NCBI RefSeq assembly: GCF_006345805.1
Contig: NC_042997.1
Coordinates: 60,636,001 to 60,700,000, forward strand
Direction of reading: 5' to 3'
Source: Octopus sinensis
Lineage: Eukaryota
Length of the DNA stretch: 64,000 nt
The notes beneath the pieces are model-generated. The model saw only the letters and a program-made list of their open reading frames with translations. It searched no databases and was not told where the DNA came from. Numbering within the stretch: position 1 is the stretch's first letter; every line of letters begins with the position of its first letter. Shown one piece after another: positions 50,480-62,766 of the stretch. The translations under genes and the position numbers were made by a program.

Positions 50480-53400
50480 TACATACACACACATACATAC
50501 AATATATAGGAATGAAACAGTTCCTCTAACCATTCAAAACAATCTTATTTGCAATATAAATTAATGGTAAAATATCTCTTTACCTTCACCCATTTAATAC
50601 ACTTGGTAAGTTAATTGCAATGCAATAAAAAACACTTGTGTATTAATAATTGGGTATTCTACCAACAGTATATTGGATAGATATTGTCCCTTATTGGGTT
50701 GGACTCACAAACCCTAACTTTCTTGGAGTTTTACATATATATATATATATTATATATATACATAATATGGGTAGCTAATTCGTAATTTTACAACCTAAAG
50801 GCAGAAATATATACATCACTAAAGTGACAGAGAGCAATAATCAGCACCAGTATTGCTAGAAATAAGAGAAGTCAAAACAACTCAATAGCCACAGAAGCAT
50901 TATCTTGATGACTGATAAGGGAGGCAAGCTCCCTTTGGCAGCAGTTATAGTCAGATTATCGATGATTTTGTTTTTTGATGCTTATGCATATTAATGCTCA
51001 TTGGTCACTCTTACCATGCCTCGGGTTAAACTCTGATCACCTTTTCAGTTTATAAGATTTCTGTTGAAACCATACAATTCCTGAAATCAGTGTATGATTT
51101 CAATGGAAATCTTATAAACTGACAGGGTGAGCTGAGTTTAACCTTAGGTGCAGTGAGAGCCACTGATGAGCATTAAGATGCATAAGCATCAAAATGCAAA
51201 ATCATCGATGATCTGGCTATATCTGCTGCTGTAGGGAGCTTTCCTCCCTTGTCAGTTAAGATAGTGCTTCTGTGGTGATTGAGTTGTTTTGGCTCTTATT
51301 TCTAGCAATACTGGTGCTGATTATTGCTCTCTGTCACTTTAGTGATGTATATATTTCTGCCTTTAGGTTGTAAAATTGTGAATTAGCTACCTATATTATA
51401 TTAAATTAAAAAACAAAGATAATATTATTGTTACATAACTTTATTCAAGGTTACAATTGTTTTGAATGGTTAGAGAAACTGTTTCATTCCTATATATTGG
51501 TTTCTATCTATAATTGATCAATTAATAAAATCTAATTATAAATAAGTAAAATTATGCTAAATACAACTAAATTGAAAACCTTTTCCTTCTGGCCATATCA
51601 GCAATTCTGAAAACTTTTGGGTGCAAATTTTACATGAGTATAAGCTTTTTTTAACAATTTTTGTCCTGAAAATCACCTATGTAAATTACACAGGTATGTA
51701 AATTACATGGGTTTTTATGGTAATTTTCGTACAGAACCAACATGGCAGTGTGTGACATGACTGGAACTTTGAGTATTAGACTAATCTCACATAAAGTCTA
51801 AGAAGGATTATCATTACTATCAGGTCAGTCTTGATACCCAAGATGTCACCAGGAAATTAAGTCTATTCCTTGTTCCTTTCATTAAGATATTATCTAACAG
51901 TGGAATACCTTGTTTTATTAACCTTTTTATTAATCTTTCTTTACTGCTGTTTATATATATAAACACACACACACACACACAACCATTGTGTGTGTTTGTG
52001 TGCTTATGTGTACAGAAATGATATAACTAATATGGTTTTGAATGAAAAATGTTAACTACAATCTTTATGTTTCTCTTGTGCCTTCACATCTCTCTGCTTA
52101 TATTCACATATATCTACTGATGTTCACATTACTCTTCATATGTAAACATCTCTCTACTAATATTCACATATCTCTATTTATATATTACCTTCTCTCCACT
52201 TATATTCATCTGCTGTTTTCATATCTCCCTACAAAAATTCCCAGCTCTCACATCAAACCAATGGTTGGGACGTGTTCAGATTGTGAAAAGACACAACATA
52301 ACATATTACCTTGATGGTGCACACACTGAAGAGAGTATAATGGTTTGTTGAATTGCTTTCTTTATTCAATACCAGCTGAATAGCCCATTGTTGCTGGGCA
52401 ATTTTTACAATATAAAGTTTTGTTTATTCCATGTCAGACCATGCCTTCCTCAATGGATTGGCCTCTTGATCTGGACAGATTTGTGCAATATTTTGCAAAA
52501 AACATCGTGGAGAATTTTTTTACCTTTTTAAATTATTTACATGTCTGTTCAACCATTTCACATGACTTTATTCATTACAATTTATTAAAATTTCATAAGT
52601 TCTCACAACTTTGGTTGTCATAATGCTTTGTTTTCATTTGTTTAATAAAAATTCCTCCTCATAATGATTTTGCTTTCATTTTGTGATAGACAGCTATCAT
52701 GCAGAAAATGTCAGCTCCCAAATCTTGTTTTCTGGTTAGGTAAAATTGATTAAACTTTGAACCTCAGTAACATTTTTCTGTAATTTTTCTAGAACAAATA
52801 AATAACAAAAATAGATTTGACATGGAAAATTATTTCAATATACCAAATTTGAAAATTTTGACATAATTTTAAAATTTCACAATGCGTGACAGCAACAGGG
52901 AAGACCCTACAGAAGTAGAGAGACAGACAATTATAGGACATGACACACACACACACACACATTTACAAATGTATATCCAGGTAATCATGAGTTTAAAATG
53001 ATGTATAGTAGACATATGTGTGTATATATGCATGTGTGTATGTTTGTATACATGTATGTATGTGAGTGTCTCTGTGTATGTGTTTCTTTGTGATGAGCAG
53101 CAGAAAAGCCACCTATACCCTCTCTCCTTAAAGCTACGTATTCCTCACACCCACCTTTCTTTCTCTTCCTCAGCATTTTAAAAGTTAGTTATGTGCATGT
53201 GTGTGTGTATAATGTGTGTGTGTATGCATGTATCTAGGTATTTACGAAAGTATGTATGCAGTGTCACTTGTATATCTATGAATGGCAGCTGTATTAACGT
53301 TATCATCCCACTGCCACTCCATATTTGTTGCTTACACAACATTGTTCTCCCTTTCCCTGATATTAGCTACACTCACTATGCCACTACATTTTTCTCACAC

Positions 53401-56400
53401 TATCACTCTTTGCACCCTTCTCATTTTATCAAATAATAGCTCAAGCCCCCTTGGGGGCCCATTATAAATTTTTATTAAAATCCAATTAGCCTATAATTGA
53501 ACTAGATGTTAGTTTAACATGTATGCAGAGTTTCATCAAGATTGGTCCACTGGTGTCGGCAGCAAGATGGTAAAAGACAAATCGACAAACAAAAATTGTC
53601 ATTTATGTATAAGATAAAGAGATACTACATGCCACCAAATACATAGTGACCCTAAGAATTATATTTTTGTTTTTCATAATGAAACTTTTACATATTAAAT
53701 TTTCTCCCTATTTAACTTATAAAACATAACAAGGTAAACCAGAATTATTGCTGTTATTTTCTTTCCCAAGTCTATCCACCCACTCTCATATAAAATACAA
53801 CTAATTTTGTAAAAGAAACTCAAGCATTTACACAAAAAATATACAGTGCAAACTAAAGTAGCAGATTTACACTATTTTACCACAACACAAAATATCTAAA
53901 TTTACCACAATATTAACAGTCTAAAAACACCTTCCTGGTGTGAACAAGCTTCAAATTCATACACAATATTCACATTACTGCAGTGCAAGAAACACTGTTA
54001 CAATCCCAACATCAGTCATCTTAAATGTCTGATTACACTCAGATAAGCATTAAGCAACATAACATAAAGAATATCATGCATCTAGTGCATAGATGTCACT
54101 AATAACTGAATAACTGGCAGTCTGTCAGACAACATGGGTTCCAGTTGATCTCATCAACTGAACAGCTTGCTAGTGAAATTAATGTGCAAGTGGCTGAGCA
54201 CTCTACAGACAAGTGTGCCTTCTAACATATTTCTTAAGAGATTCAACAGACCCAGACTGTGACAAGGTTGGCCTTTGAATTACAGGTACATCTCATTTTT
54301 GCCAGCTGAGTGGACTGGAGCAACGTGAAATAAAGTGTCTTGCTCAAGGACACAACATGTCACTAGGAATCAAACTCATGACCTTACAATCATGAGCTGA
54401 TTACTCTAACCACTAAGCCATGCACCTTAACTGTCACCAATAACACATTCTATATTAGGGCATAACAATGCTCTAAAAATACAAACATTTAAAATAAAAG
54501 TTCAATGACTTTTCATAAATCACAATAGTTATAAAGCTTTATAAAAACACAACTGAAATAATATTTAAAAAAGCCTGGCACTCTGCTATGCCCACCTCAG
54601 AGAATCCCGGAAAGACTCATTCTTTGCATCAACAACCCATACATTTTTCTCTCTCACAAAACACAGACTCAGTCTGACATCTCAAACAGAATACAGTAAA
54701 GAAAGTAAAATAATGCATGTATTAAGAGCAATCACAGGCGCCAAATTTGTCCCACAGAAGGAAAAAAATTGCACTTGAGTACAAACAATTCAGTAGATCT
54801 GTCATTCTAATCTTGCGTGGATTAATCAATCCATACCTGTCATTAATTCACTTCTTCAATGAAATACAATATTATTTGTTTGAAACGTTTTCTGGTTTGT
54901 TACTTGGTTTTTGTACATAATGTATTTTTGTTATGTATTCTGATATATATGCTTATTTTGATTATTTGGTTTTCTTACATATTTTGTAGTTGTGTTGCGA
55001 ATGGTTTAAGAAAAGATCTGCTGAAGAGATAAGATCTTTATCGTAAGTTCTGAAATTTTCTTCCATTTTACCATATTCTATACAATATTCTGCACTGTCA
55101 CAGAGAAAGAGGTAAGTTTCTTTCTGGGCGACCTCCTGATATGGTCTCAATCCTAACTAAAACTACCTGGCTCAGTATTATTTTGTATTTGCTTGGTATG
55201 GAAAGGGTTTGTCCAGGCTTTCACAGGATTTCAAAAAAGTGCTGAAACCAATGTAGTTAAAAGAGCAGTTGAAAACCAGTGGCTCCAGGGAAAACGTGCA
55301 AAGAAAGAAATCTTGAGGACTGGTGTACTAGGAAGGAAGAACTTGAATTAAGGTGATTAAGGTTTGGCCTTTTTGAACAGAAATTGGGTGACAAAAGAGA
55401 TATGAGTTAGGAGCACCTGAGTGGTGATGGTACAAGGTTAGCTACCATCAAGGAACAAATATCACTGTAGCAGTGGTGCAAAAAGTAGAAAGAGGAGACA
55501 ACTCATCTGTGGGACAGAGGTTGAAGTCTCTGCACTGCTGTACAAAGTCTCTCACTTTATAATAATCTCCAGACATCTCTGACATCTGAAATCCAGATTT
55601 ATGTTGTGGCTGAATAAGTAAGATACTAGCTTGCTGTGCCTAGATCATAAGTTTAAGCTGAGAATTTGACATAGTAAATCTTTTTAAAATCTCCAATACT
55701 AGTTACTGTTTCAATTCTGTTATAATCACTTCTGTTCCTCAGAACTGTTAATCTTTGTGGTATCTCCAGTTAAATCAATCCAAAGGATTTACCTTCTTTC
55801 TTTCGTCATTATAGTAATCACTCAGAATTGTTTTAATTTTCTGCTTGGCCCTCTCTTTTCCAGAAGTTTATCCTTCTGGTTTTCTTTTGATCCTTGCTCA
55901 TGTTTTCCTTCTAGAATTCTCTCCTCTATGCCTAATACACACATACATTCATTCATACATATAAGTACAGAAAAATACTGTCTACCAATGTGTCTCACAC
56001 TTATAAGCATGCACACACACACACATTCTCACTTACTGTCACACACATTCATGCGCATTCATACATTCTTTCGTATATATATATACAAAAAAAAAAAATA
56101 TATATATATGCATACTTGTGCACAATTATAAATACCCATAAATTTTCATATATATCCACATGCACTTAAAACATATACACACCCTCATGTATTTCAGCAT
56201 ACACATGCACTCATACACACACACACACACACACACAAATACAAATACATACACACACACACAAAATTACACACCATCTCTGCATACAATTTCTGAATTA
56301 CATATTGCTTTTGTGAACAATATTCTCATTGGTTACAAGTTTGTAATAGGCCCATCATTGACTCACTGCATTTCTGAATGTCAGAGTGACAAAGGAAAGC

Positions 56401-59400
56401 AAAGGAAAGTTTTTGCAGCATGGTGGAATAAATACAACATATATATATATATTAAAAAACAAATAGAAGAAAATGCTTTGTGAACTTTGTTATGGATATA
56501 AGTAAGTATTTACATTTCTATCAAAATATGTTACTGGTTTCAATAGCATTAAAAAAATCAATTTAGTTATGCTGAAATAAAGTAAATAAATCTTTCATGA
56601 TACAAGTTCTGGAAGTTTACATTTCACTTAGAAAAATCACATGGTGTTTGTGTTTCATTTTTTTGGATTGCTGTTGGATGGTAGTAGCAGGAGTGGCTGT
56701 CAGTAAAAGAAGTATCAGCTGTAGCTGCCAGTAACAACAGCAGCTGGAGTGGAGGCACAATGGCCCAGTGGTTAGTGCAGTGGACTCACGGTCGTAAGAG
56801 CGTGGTTTCGATTCCCAGACCGGGCATTGTGAGTGTTTATTGAGCAAAAACACCTAAGCTCCACGAGGCTCCGGCAGTGGGGGGGGGGGGAAAGAGTGGT
56901 GAACCCCGCTGTACTCTTTCACCACAACTTTCTCTCACTCTTTCTTCCTACTTCTGCAGAGGAACCATGGTGTAACCCACTATAGTGGGGTAAACTTTCA
57001 GACCCTAATCACTGTTTATGGAATGAGGATAACAATGTTGCTTTTGTGTCCGTGCAACCGCCAGTCTATCACATGTGGCGGATGGATCTTCAAGTTGCCA
57101 AATGCATTCTTAGTAGCTTAGAGTAGGCTCGAATTAAAGATTATTCTTTGTGGCTAATGGTGTGAGGGGAGGAGAAGAAGAAGAAGAAGACAGTTGGAAT
57201 ACCAATGGCTGTAGCAGTTGTCAGCCTAACTCATAGTAGTTGTGACAAATTAGCAAAGATTGCAGTAGCATTGGCAGTAGTTGTCTCCATTGTTCTGTTA
57301 CAGGTATTTAAATATGGTTGGTATTTGGTTATAAAGATTGTTTGTAGATGCATTGCTGCTAAATTGATACAAAAGGAAAATTTTAAAGTTTGGTTGATTT
57401 TATTTATTTGCACAAGTGTCTGTATACTCATTGAGTCCTATATGTGTGTATTCCTATATCCTAATTTGCGATCTATGCATAGCCATGCAAAATGAATATT
57501 TACAATCTAGCTAAAAGGATTTGCTCTCTAGCATCAGATGCAAACAACTGTTATGTATGACTCCAAGACCTGAAGGATACACTCCTTGACACTATCCTTA
57601 ATTGATAATGAAACATGATTAAAGGAAAAAGATGGAATGGTCATGGCTGGTATGCCATGCTCAGAGTTGACCTGAGGCTAAACAACAATTACTACCAAAA
57701 GGTAATATATTAACTGAGTCTGTGAAATGTTATTTTTATTTATTTCAGTGATAACCAAAAAGTGGTGAAAATTTTGATGTTTAATATCACTGGAGCACGT
57801 AACTCTCTTGATTTACTGAATCATCTAAAGGTAAGAATATCTATTCCACTGTAAGGGGGGAAAAAAGGCTTTTTTGCATTGGTATGAAAAATGTGACATT
57901 AATACATTTTTAGGGAATATTAATGATTCTAAATCAGCTGTTTCTAATAGTAATGATTTTGTATATTGATATGAAAGCCGCTGAGAATAAGTAATGGAAT
58001 TTTTTAGTCTTCGTTCTGTTCATATAGTCATTTGTGGGGTAAATGAAATGTTTCTCAAAATAATGATAATAATAACTGCTTCTAATTTTAGATGGAGTGG
58101 GATCAGTTAATTAAATAAACTTGACTGGACTAGTATTTTTATTGACTCTGTAGGGGTGAAAAGCAAAGTTGACTTCTAAGATTTGAACTCAGAATGTCAA
58201 GATCCAGGAAAAATATTGCAAGGCATTTATTCTGATGATCTAATGAGTCTGCCAATCCATAATCTCACATAATATTGGTGCAAGCAGTGGTAGAAGAGAC
58301 AGAGACAAAAATATTTCCTGTGTAGTGTGTTGTGAGTTATTTTTTGTCATTCACTGGCTCTTGTTTCTGTTTGCTTTGTGATATTTGTGTGTCTATGGTA
58401 TGTAAGTAATACTCCAGAGAAGACATTACTTCAATTTTATAGAGAGTCAACAACATAGCTGAAGTAACATCTAGCCTTCAAGAGAAAGTGTAACTCCTTG
58501 CAACAATTATTTTAGCTCACACTGTATCAGTTCTAGTGCATCTCAAGGTTAGCTTATGCTTATCAGATTGTCATTTAAAAGACAGTTTAACAAAACTGAA
58601 ACTTGTAGGATCAAGTGTCTTTCTTTAAGGTACATTGAAATACTTCATGTTAATACCGACTCATGACTTAGTCATTTTATTTAAACATTTCTGATATTTG
58701 ATAGTATTATACAAGTTGGGAGAGTGAGAATGACCAAAACAACAGGCTACCAGATAATCACTTGAAAGATCTGAGGATCATATAATGTCAGCAGTAACTG
58801 CATTCTGTTCATGGCCAGAGTAGTTGCTCTTCTACTGCACTTATTGTTGGTGTGCATCCTGGTATTGTGTTTGGAGCTAGTGAATCTAATAGTGTTGCAG
58901 CTAAATATTACTGAGATAGATTACTGAAATAAATAACTACTTTAGATAGTTGTAAAGCTCCTTGTCAATACTAACTGAACAAATGTATGCTATTTAGTAA
59001 GCCAGTGGAATAGTTGAGTGATGATGTTGAGCAGTCCTTGGTCAAGCCTTATTGTGTAACACAAAGGTATTCAAACCATGACTATTTCTTTCTTAATTCT
59101 CTTTTGCAGTGTGCTTCCAAAACACCATTCTCCAATGTGCCTTTCAATTTTTAAGATGAAAGGATGTGATTTTATAATAATTTGAGTGCTATATATTACT
59201 GGTTGCATGACCATGTGCAGGCTGTCTCATTGGCTTATGTTACTAAATGTGGTCCAAAAACCCAATACTCAGGATATACATGTCTAATTGAGAGTTACAA
59301 TATGAGTTTTGAAAACAATGGCCTTATCACTGAGAATGTAGTATGGCAGCCTGAGGATTTGCCTTCTATACCAACCAGTCTGTTTCTGGATACCTGCAAC

Positions 59401-61911
59401 TGTTGTGTATCTGTAAGTCAACTCTGATCAAACACTCTTGTAGCATAGAGGTAGCCAGCTGAACAAAGAGGCACAGGTACAGTTAAATCTTTCCAGTTAC
59501 ACTGTGTGTCCACCTAGTTTAGGACCACACTGTATAACTGTACATGTAATGATGAATAATATGCATGCAGTATGATAATCTGGACATTCTCTCCATTGTC
59601 CAGTATATTTGTATATGTCTGTACATTCTTGTGGTGATGCCAGTAGAAGTGAGTAATATTTACTTTGTCAGAATACAGCAGTTGATGCTCCTCTGCAGTT
59701 ATTGTTGGTGATGTATAGCAGAGTGTTTGGCTGCCAAAGAAGCTATCAATGTTGCAGATATTTCTGTAAGTGTTCCATCTATTTGGGCCGAGTGGAAGAG
59801 ATAGGATGTTATTCAGGATGTTATTGTCAGTGTACTCTGGGTTGTTGGCTAGAGGATTTTTATGTCATGACAGAGACTGTGGAAGGCAAACATGGCTTTA
59901 TCAGCAGACTGTATCAGATGCATGCTTAGGTAGTCATTAATTTTTAACATTTTGTTTTACTGTAATGTGTAGTGTATTGTTTTATGTTCTCCATAGTTTA
60001 TTATGGGAAAGACTATTAAGATATAGGACTAGCATAGTTCATGATGGCTCTAGTGTGTTGCCTTTCTTACCATTGTTGTTTCTTTCTATTTACCAAATGT
60101 GGTACATGTGATTTCTCTAGGTATGTATTTGTGTTGTTCTGTTTCCTTCACCATCTTCTATATATATTTTCTATGTGAACATTGGGAAGTTATATGCAAT
60201 TTAAAGTATTTTTGTGCTGCTTGTCTGATTTATTTATATTGTTGAGTGTATCTGATATTCTCCTGTGTTACAGGTAAGAAAGGAGTCAGTGAATTTGGAA
60301 GGTGCTACTTTAAGTTTTCTGTTGTTGTGGACCAAGCTTCAAGATGATTTAAGTATGACTGGTATAGTTGTGTGGCAGTATTTGGAGAATAGTGACAGAT
60401 TGTAAATGTGATGTCATCTGCATATAATGTTTATATGTTTTGAATTTTGATGAGATATAGAAGGGCCATACTAGTATAAGTTGAAAGAATGACGAGATGA
60501 ATTATTGTGGTGCTCTAGTAAAGGAAATAATAGGTTTCATGCATGTTACTTAGCCTCGGTAGCATTAAAGCTAGTTTGCTACTGTGTTTTGTGTTGTTTC
60601 TTAAAGAAGTGTTGAAAAATTTTTGTATGCTTGGATAGAGGAAAATCAAATCAAAAGCTTTCATGATGTGAGTAATAGTTGGAATGTGAGAAAATCAAAA
60701 AACCAATACATGTTGTGACCAAAGATGTAACAAAAAATATACATCTCATTTGCTTATTTTTTTTCATTTCTATGTCATGTATTTTGTGGATAATAGCATT
60801 GTTGGTTTTATAGATTTCTAATGAGTTAATCATTGGTTCACTGGGTTTAGAGTATGAGAGAGTGCCTCTACAATTTGGGAGAAATAAATACCAGCAGGTA
60901 TATTTTTTGATTTTAGCAATTTATTGGGATTTTTTTTTACCAGTGTTTGCATCTTTCACTGATATACTGCATTTTAGTGAGTATAAGGAACACTCGTGTA
61001 TAAGGAACCCCGTATTTTTTGGGCTTAAAATTTGGAAAAAAGATTTTGTAAGGGATTATAATACTATCCATGTATAAAAAAACTCCCATATTTTTTTAAC
61101 CTAATTTTTTTACTAAAAAGGGTTCCTTATACATGTTAAAATACAGTATATTAGTGAAAGACACACACATACACACACACTTGCATGCACACACCAACAT
61201 CGCAAGAAATCTGTTTCGTTTTGGCTCCTTTCTCTCTAACTTTAATCACTCATCCCATAGCACAAAGCCACCACCCTCTCTACTGTAAGCCCACTCAGCC
61301 AAAGAGGAGCCTAGTCTTTCCAGCTGCATGGTGGGCCTCACTAGTGCTGGTACCATGAAAAAAGCGCTCAGTACATGCTATGAAGTGGTTGACATTAAGA
61401 AGGGCATCCAGCCACAGAAACTATGCCAATGCAGACACTGGAGCATCATGCAGTCTTGGGACCTGTTGGATCCTTGCAAACCATCCAACCAATTCCAGCA
61501 TGTAACATGGACATTAAATGATAATGATGATGAATGAGTGTGTGTATGTGTATAGTTGTATGTATGTATGTATGTAATGATGGGTTTTTACAATTTTCTC
61601 CTACCAAATTTCACTCACAAGGCACTGGTAAATCTGAAGATATTGTATAAGATATGTTACCATTGTGCTGTAAAATGAGACCAAATCCACAACTATGTAG
61701 TTTAAGAAATTTTAGTGATGAAGATTGAGTAACTTAATTTTAACAAGAATTAATTATATTTAAAATCATATTAATAATTAGATTACAAAACTGTAACAAA
61801 GATTATTTGAAAAAAATAAACACTAGTAAAATGTTATTATTTTTCAGGAGTGTAACTTTGATTTGGCTGTCTTTACTCCCAATATATGCTACAGTGAGGA
61901 AGTTATAACTG
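39221..61911 (+). CDS. FPGS: Folylpolyglutamate synthase, copy B (spliced, 11 exons in window; first and last exons not located)
   Basis: Same exon series and phases as copy A plus an upstream 117-nt exon. No stops or frameshifts in the visible exons. Confidence 0.95.
39619..40130 (-). mobile_element. L1/Tx1-clade LINE ORF2 fragment
   Basis: [15 protein letters not shown]...RAEV...FLWEGR..L.R......P.KG.LG matches the post-RT region of Tx1 elements. Confidence 0.8.
40132..41128 (-). mobile_element. Internally deleted Ty3/Gypsy LTR element
   Basis: 5' LTR 41128-40900 (TG...CA), a degenerate PBS, gag remnant [18 protein letters not shown], a pol C-terminal tail, PPT AAAAGGGGAGA, and a partial 3' LTR 40212-40132 matching the 5' LTR start. 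Confidence 0.8.
42869..42987 (+). CDS. FPGS: FPGS-B exon (119 nt; [39 protein letters not shown])
   Basis: cccctag acceptor; AG|gtaagt donor; P-loop. Confidence 0.95.
43407..43512 (+). CDS. FPGS: FPGS-B exon (106 nt; [16 protein letters not shown]...)
   Basis: ttccag acceptor; gtaag donor. Confidence 0.95.
43654..43893 (+). CDS. FPGS: FPGS-B exon (240 nt; [18 protein letters not shown]...HKAGIFK)
   Basis: Matches supplied ORF 43669..43908; ttttag acceptor and gtaagt donor. Confidence 0.97.
44790..45274 (-). mobile_element. Helitron-like element containing a GC-rich palindrome
   Basis: Minus 5' end A|TCTTTATAATATTAG resembles the 29870 element. The 3' end is degenerate and uncertain. Confidence 0.45.
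45651..45728 (+). CDS. FPGS: FPGS-B exon (78 nt; [26 protein letters not shown])
   Basis: tacag acceptor; gtaag donor. Confidence 0.92.
47072..47216 (+). CDS. FPGS: FPGS-B exon (145 nt; [13 protein letters not shown]...[19 protein letters not shown])
   Basis: ctttcag acceptor; G|gttagt donor. Confidence 0.93.
50081..50179 (+). CDS. FPGS: FPGS-B exon (99 nt; [33 protein letters not shown])
   Basis: caccatag acceptor; G|gtact donor; phase 1/1; aligns with the 3' part of the copy-A exon. Confidence 0.85.
50400..50475. repeat. (TA)n microsatellite (representative)
   Basis: Other runs: (TA)n at ~2087-2110, 27195-27260, 41400-41433, 41995-42060 and 62722-62762; (CT)n at 22077-22102; (CA)n at ~56215-56260. 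Confidence 0.9.
50500..51499. mobile_element. Outer TIR element (44-bp TIRs) hosting the foldback
   Basis: 50500-50543 and 51456-51499 are reverse complements with 1 mismatch. Confidence 0.8.
50763..51398. mobile_element. ~636-bp foldback MITE (arms ~315 bp) in a TA run
   Basis: The left arm taatatgggtagctaattcgtaattttacaacctaaaggcag... is the reverse complement of the right arm ...ctgcctttaggttgtaaaattgtgaattagctacctatatta; loop ~51077-51090. Confidence 0.93.
52245..52342 (+). CDS. FPGS: FPGS-B exon (98 nt; [33 protein letters not shown])
   Basis: cccag acceptor; gtttgt donor; LDGAH motif. Confidence 0.95.
54990..55042 (+). CDS. FPGS: FPGS-B exon (53 nt; [18 protein letters not shown])
   Basis: ttgtag acceptor; gtaagt donor. 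Confidence 0.92.
57749..57830 (+). CDS. FPGS: FPGS-B exon (82 nt; [27 protein letters not shown])
   Basis: atttcag acceptor; AAG|gtaag donor. Confidence 0.94.
58600..60760 (-). mobile_element. Highly degenerate Jockey/I-type LINE RT remnant
   Basis: Minus-strand YADDITFT...LNHLEAW (~60330-60425) and KAFD (~60650-60665). Confidence 0.55.
60967..61146. mobile_element. Tc1/pogo-type MITE with TA TSD
   Basis: TA|CTGCATTTTAGTGAGTATAAGGAAC ... GTTCCTTATACATGTTAAAATACAG|TA. Confidence 0.8.
61848..61911 (+). CDS. FPGS: FPGS-B exon (64 nt; [21 protein letters not shown])
   Basis: ttttcag acceptor; G|gtatg donor. Confidence 0.94.
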
Positions 61912-62709
61912 GTATGTTTACAATTTCAATTCAAATCATTTTAAATGTACAAGTGGTAATCTTCTATGATCTGTTATATATATCTCTACCATTTTCTTGA
62001 CATTGTGGCAGGCTGGTGAATGACAAAATTTGTTGGGTGTCAGATTAAATGTTATAGGATTTTAGCTACAGGACTTTACATTCTGAGTTAAATGCTTCTA
62101 GGGTAAATTTTGTTACAGATTGTTGTTTTCAGTCCTAAATCAGCCCTAATTGAACAAATTTATTACCAAAGACATTCCAGCTGTGAACATCTTCTCTTTG
62201 ATTCAGAAATAATTTATCTTGAACTACTGTAAAGACAAAAGGATGTGATTTGAGGGTAATTTAGTTCTTTCTTCTGGGTCAAGCTACTACATGGGGTCTT
62301 GGGCTGGTTACGTAATGAGGTAACTATAACATACCTGGAATTGATTGAATCCATTATATTCCACCCCTTATAAATTTTGTAACTTTTAGCAAATGTAAGA
62401 AATATTTTATTAGCATCATGAGATGGCAGGCAAGTTTCAAGAATGAAACAGTATCAGGTTAAATGCCTTAATGTATTTAGATTTGCTGTTTTAAATTCTG
62501 AAATTTAGGTGCAGGCATGGCTGAAGATTTAAGAAGCTCACTTTGCAACCACATTATTTCATGTTTGAGCCTGCTCTGTGGCACTCTGGCCAAATCTCTT
62601 CCATGATAGCCCCACCCCAGTTAACCAAGGCCTTGAGAGTGAAATATGGTAGACAGAAATTGTATGGAAGCTTATTGGGTGTTATATGTGTGTGCATGTG
62701 TGTGCATAC

Positions 62710-62761
<52 letters not shown>

Positions 62762-62766
<5 letters not shown>

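Noticed and set aside
50068-50564. ORFs rich in Y/I/C/V/M/H/T (also ~41350-41760, 52985-53470, 55757-56480 and 62543-62781)
   Set aside because: They are translations of (TA)n, (TG)n and (CA)n microsatellites or exon read-through.
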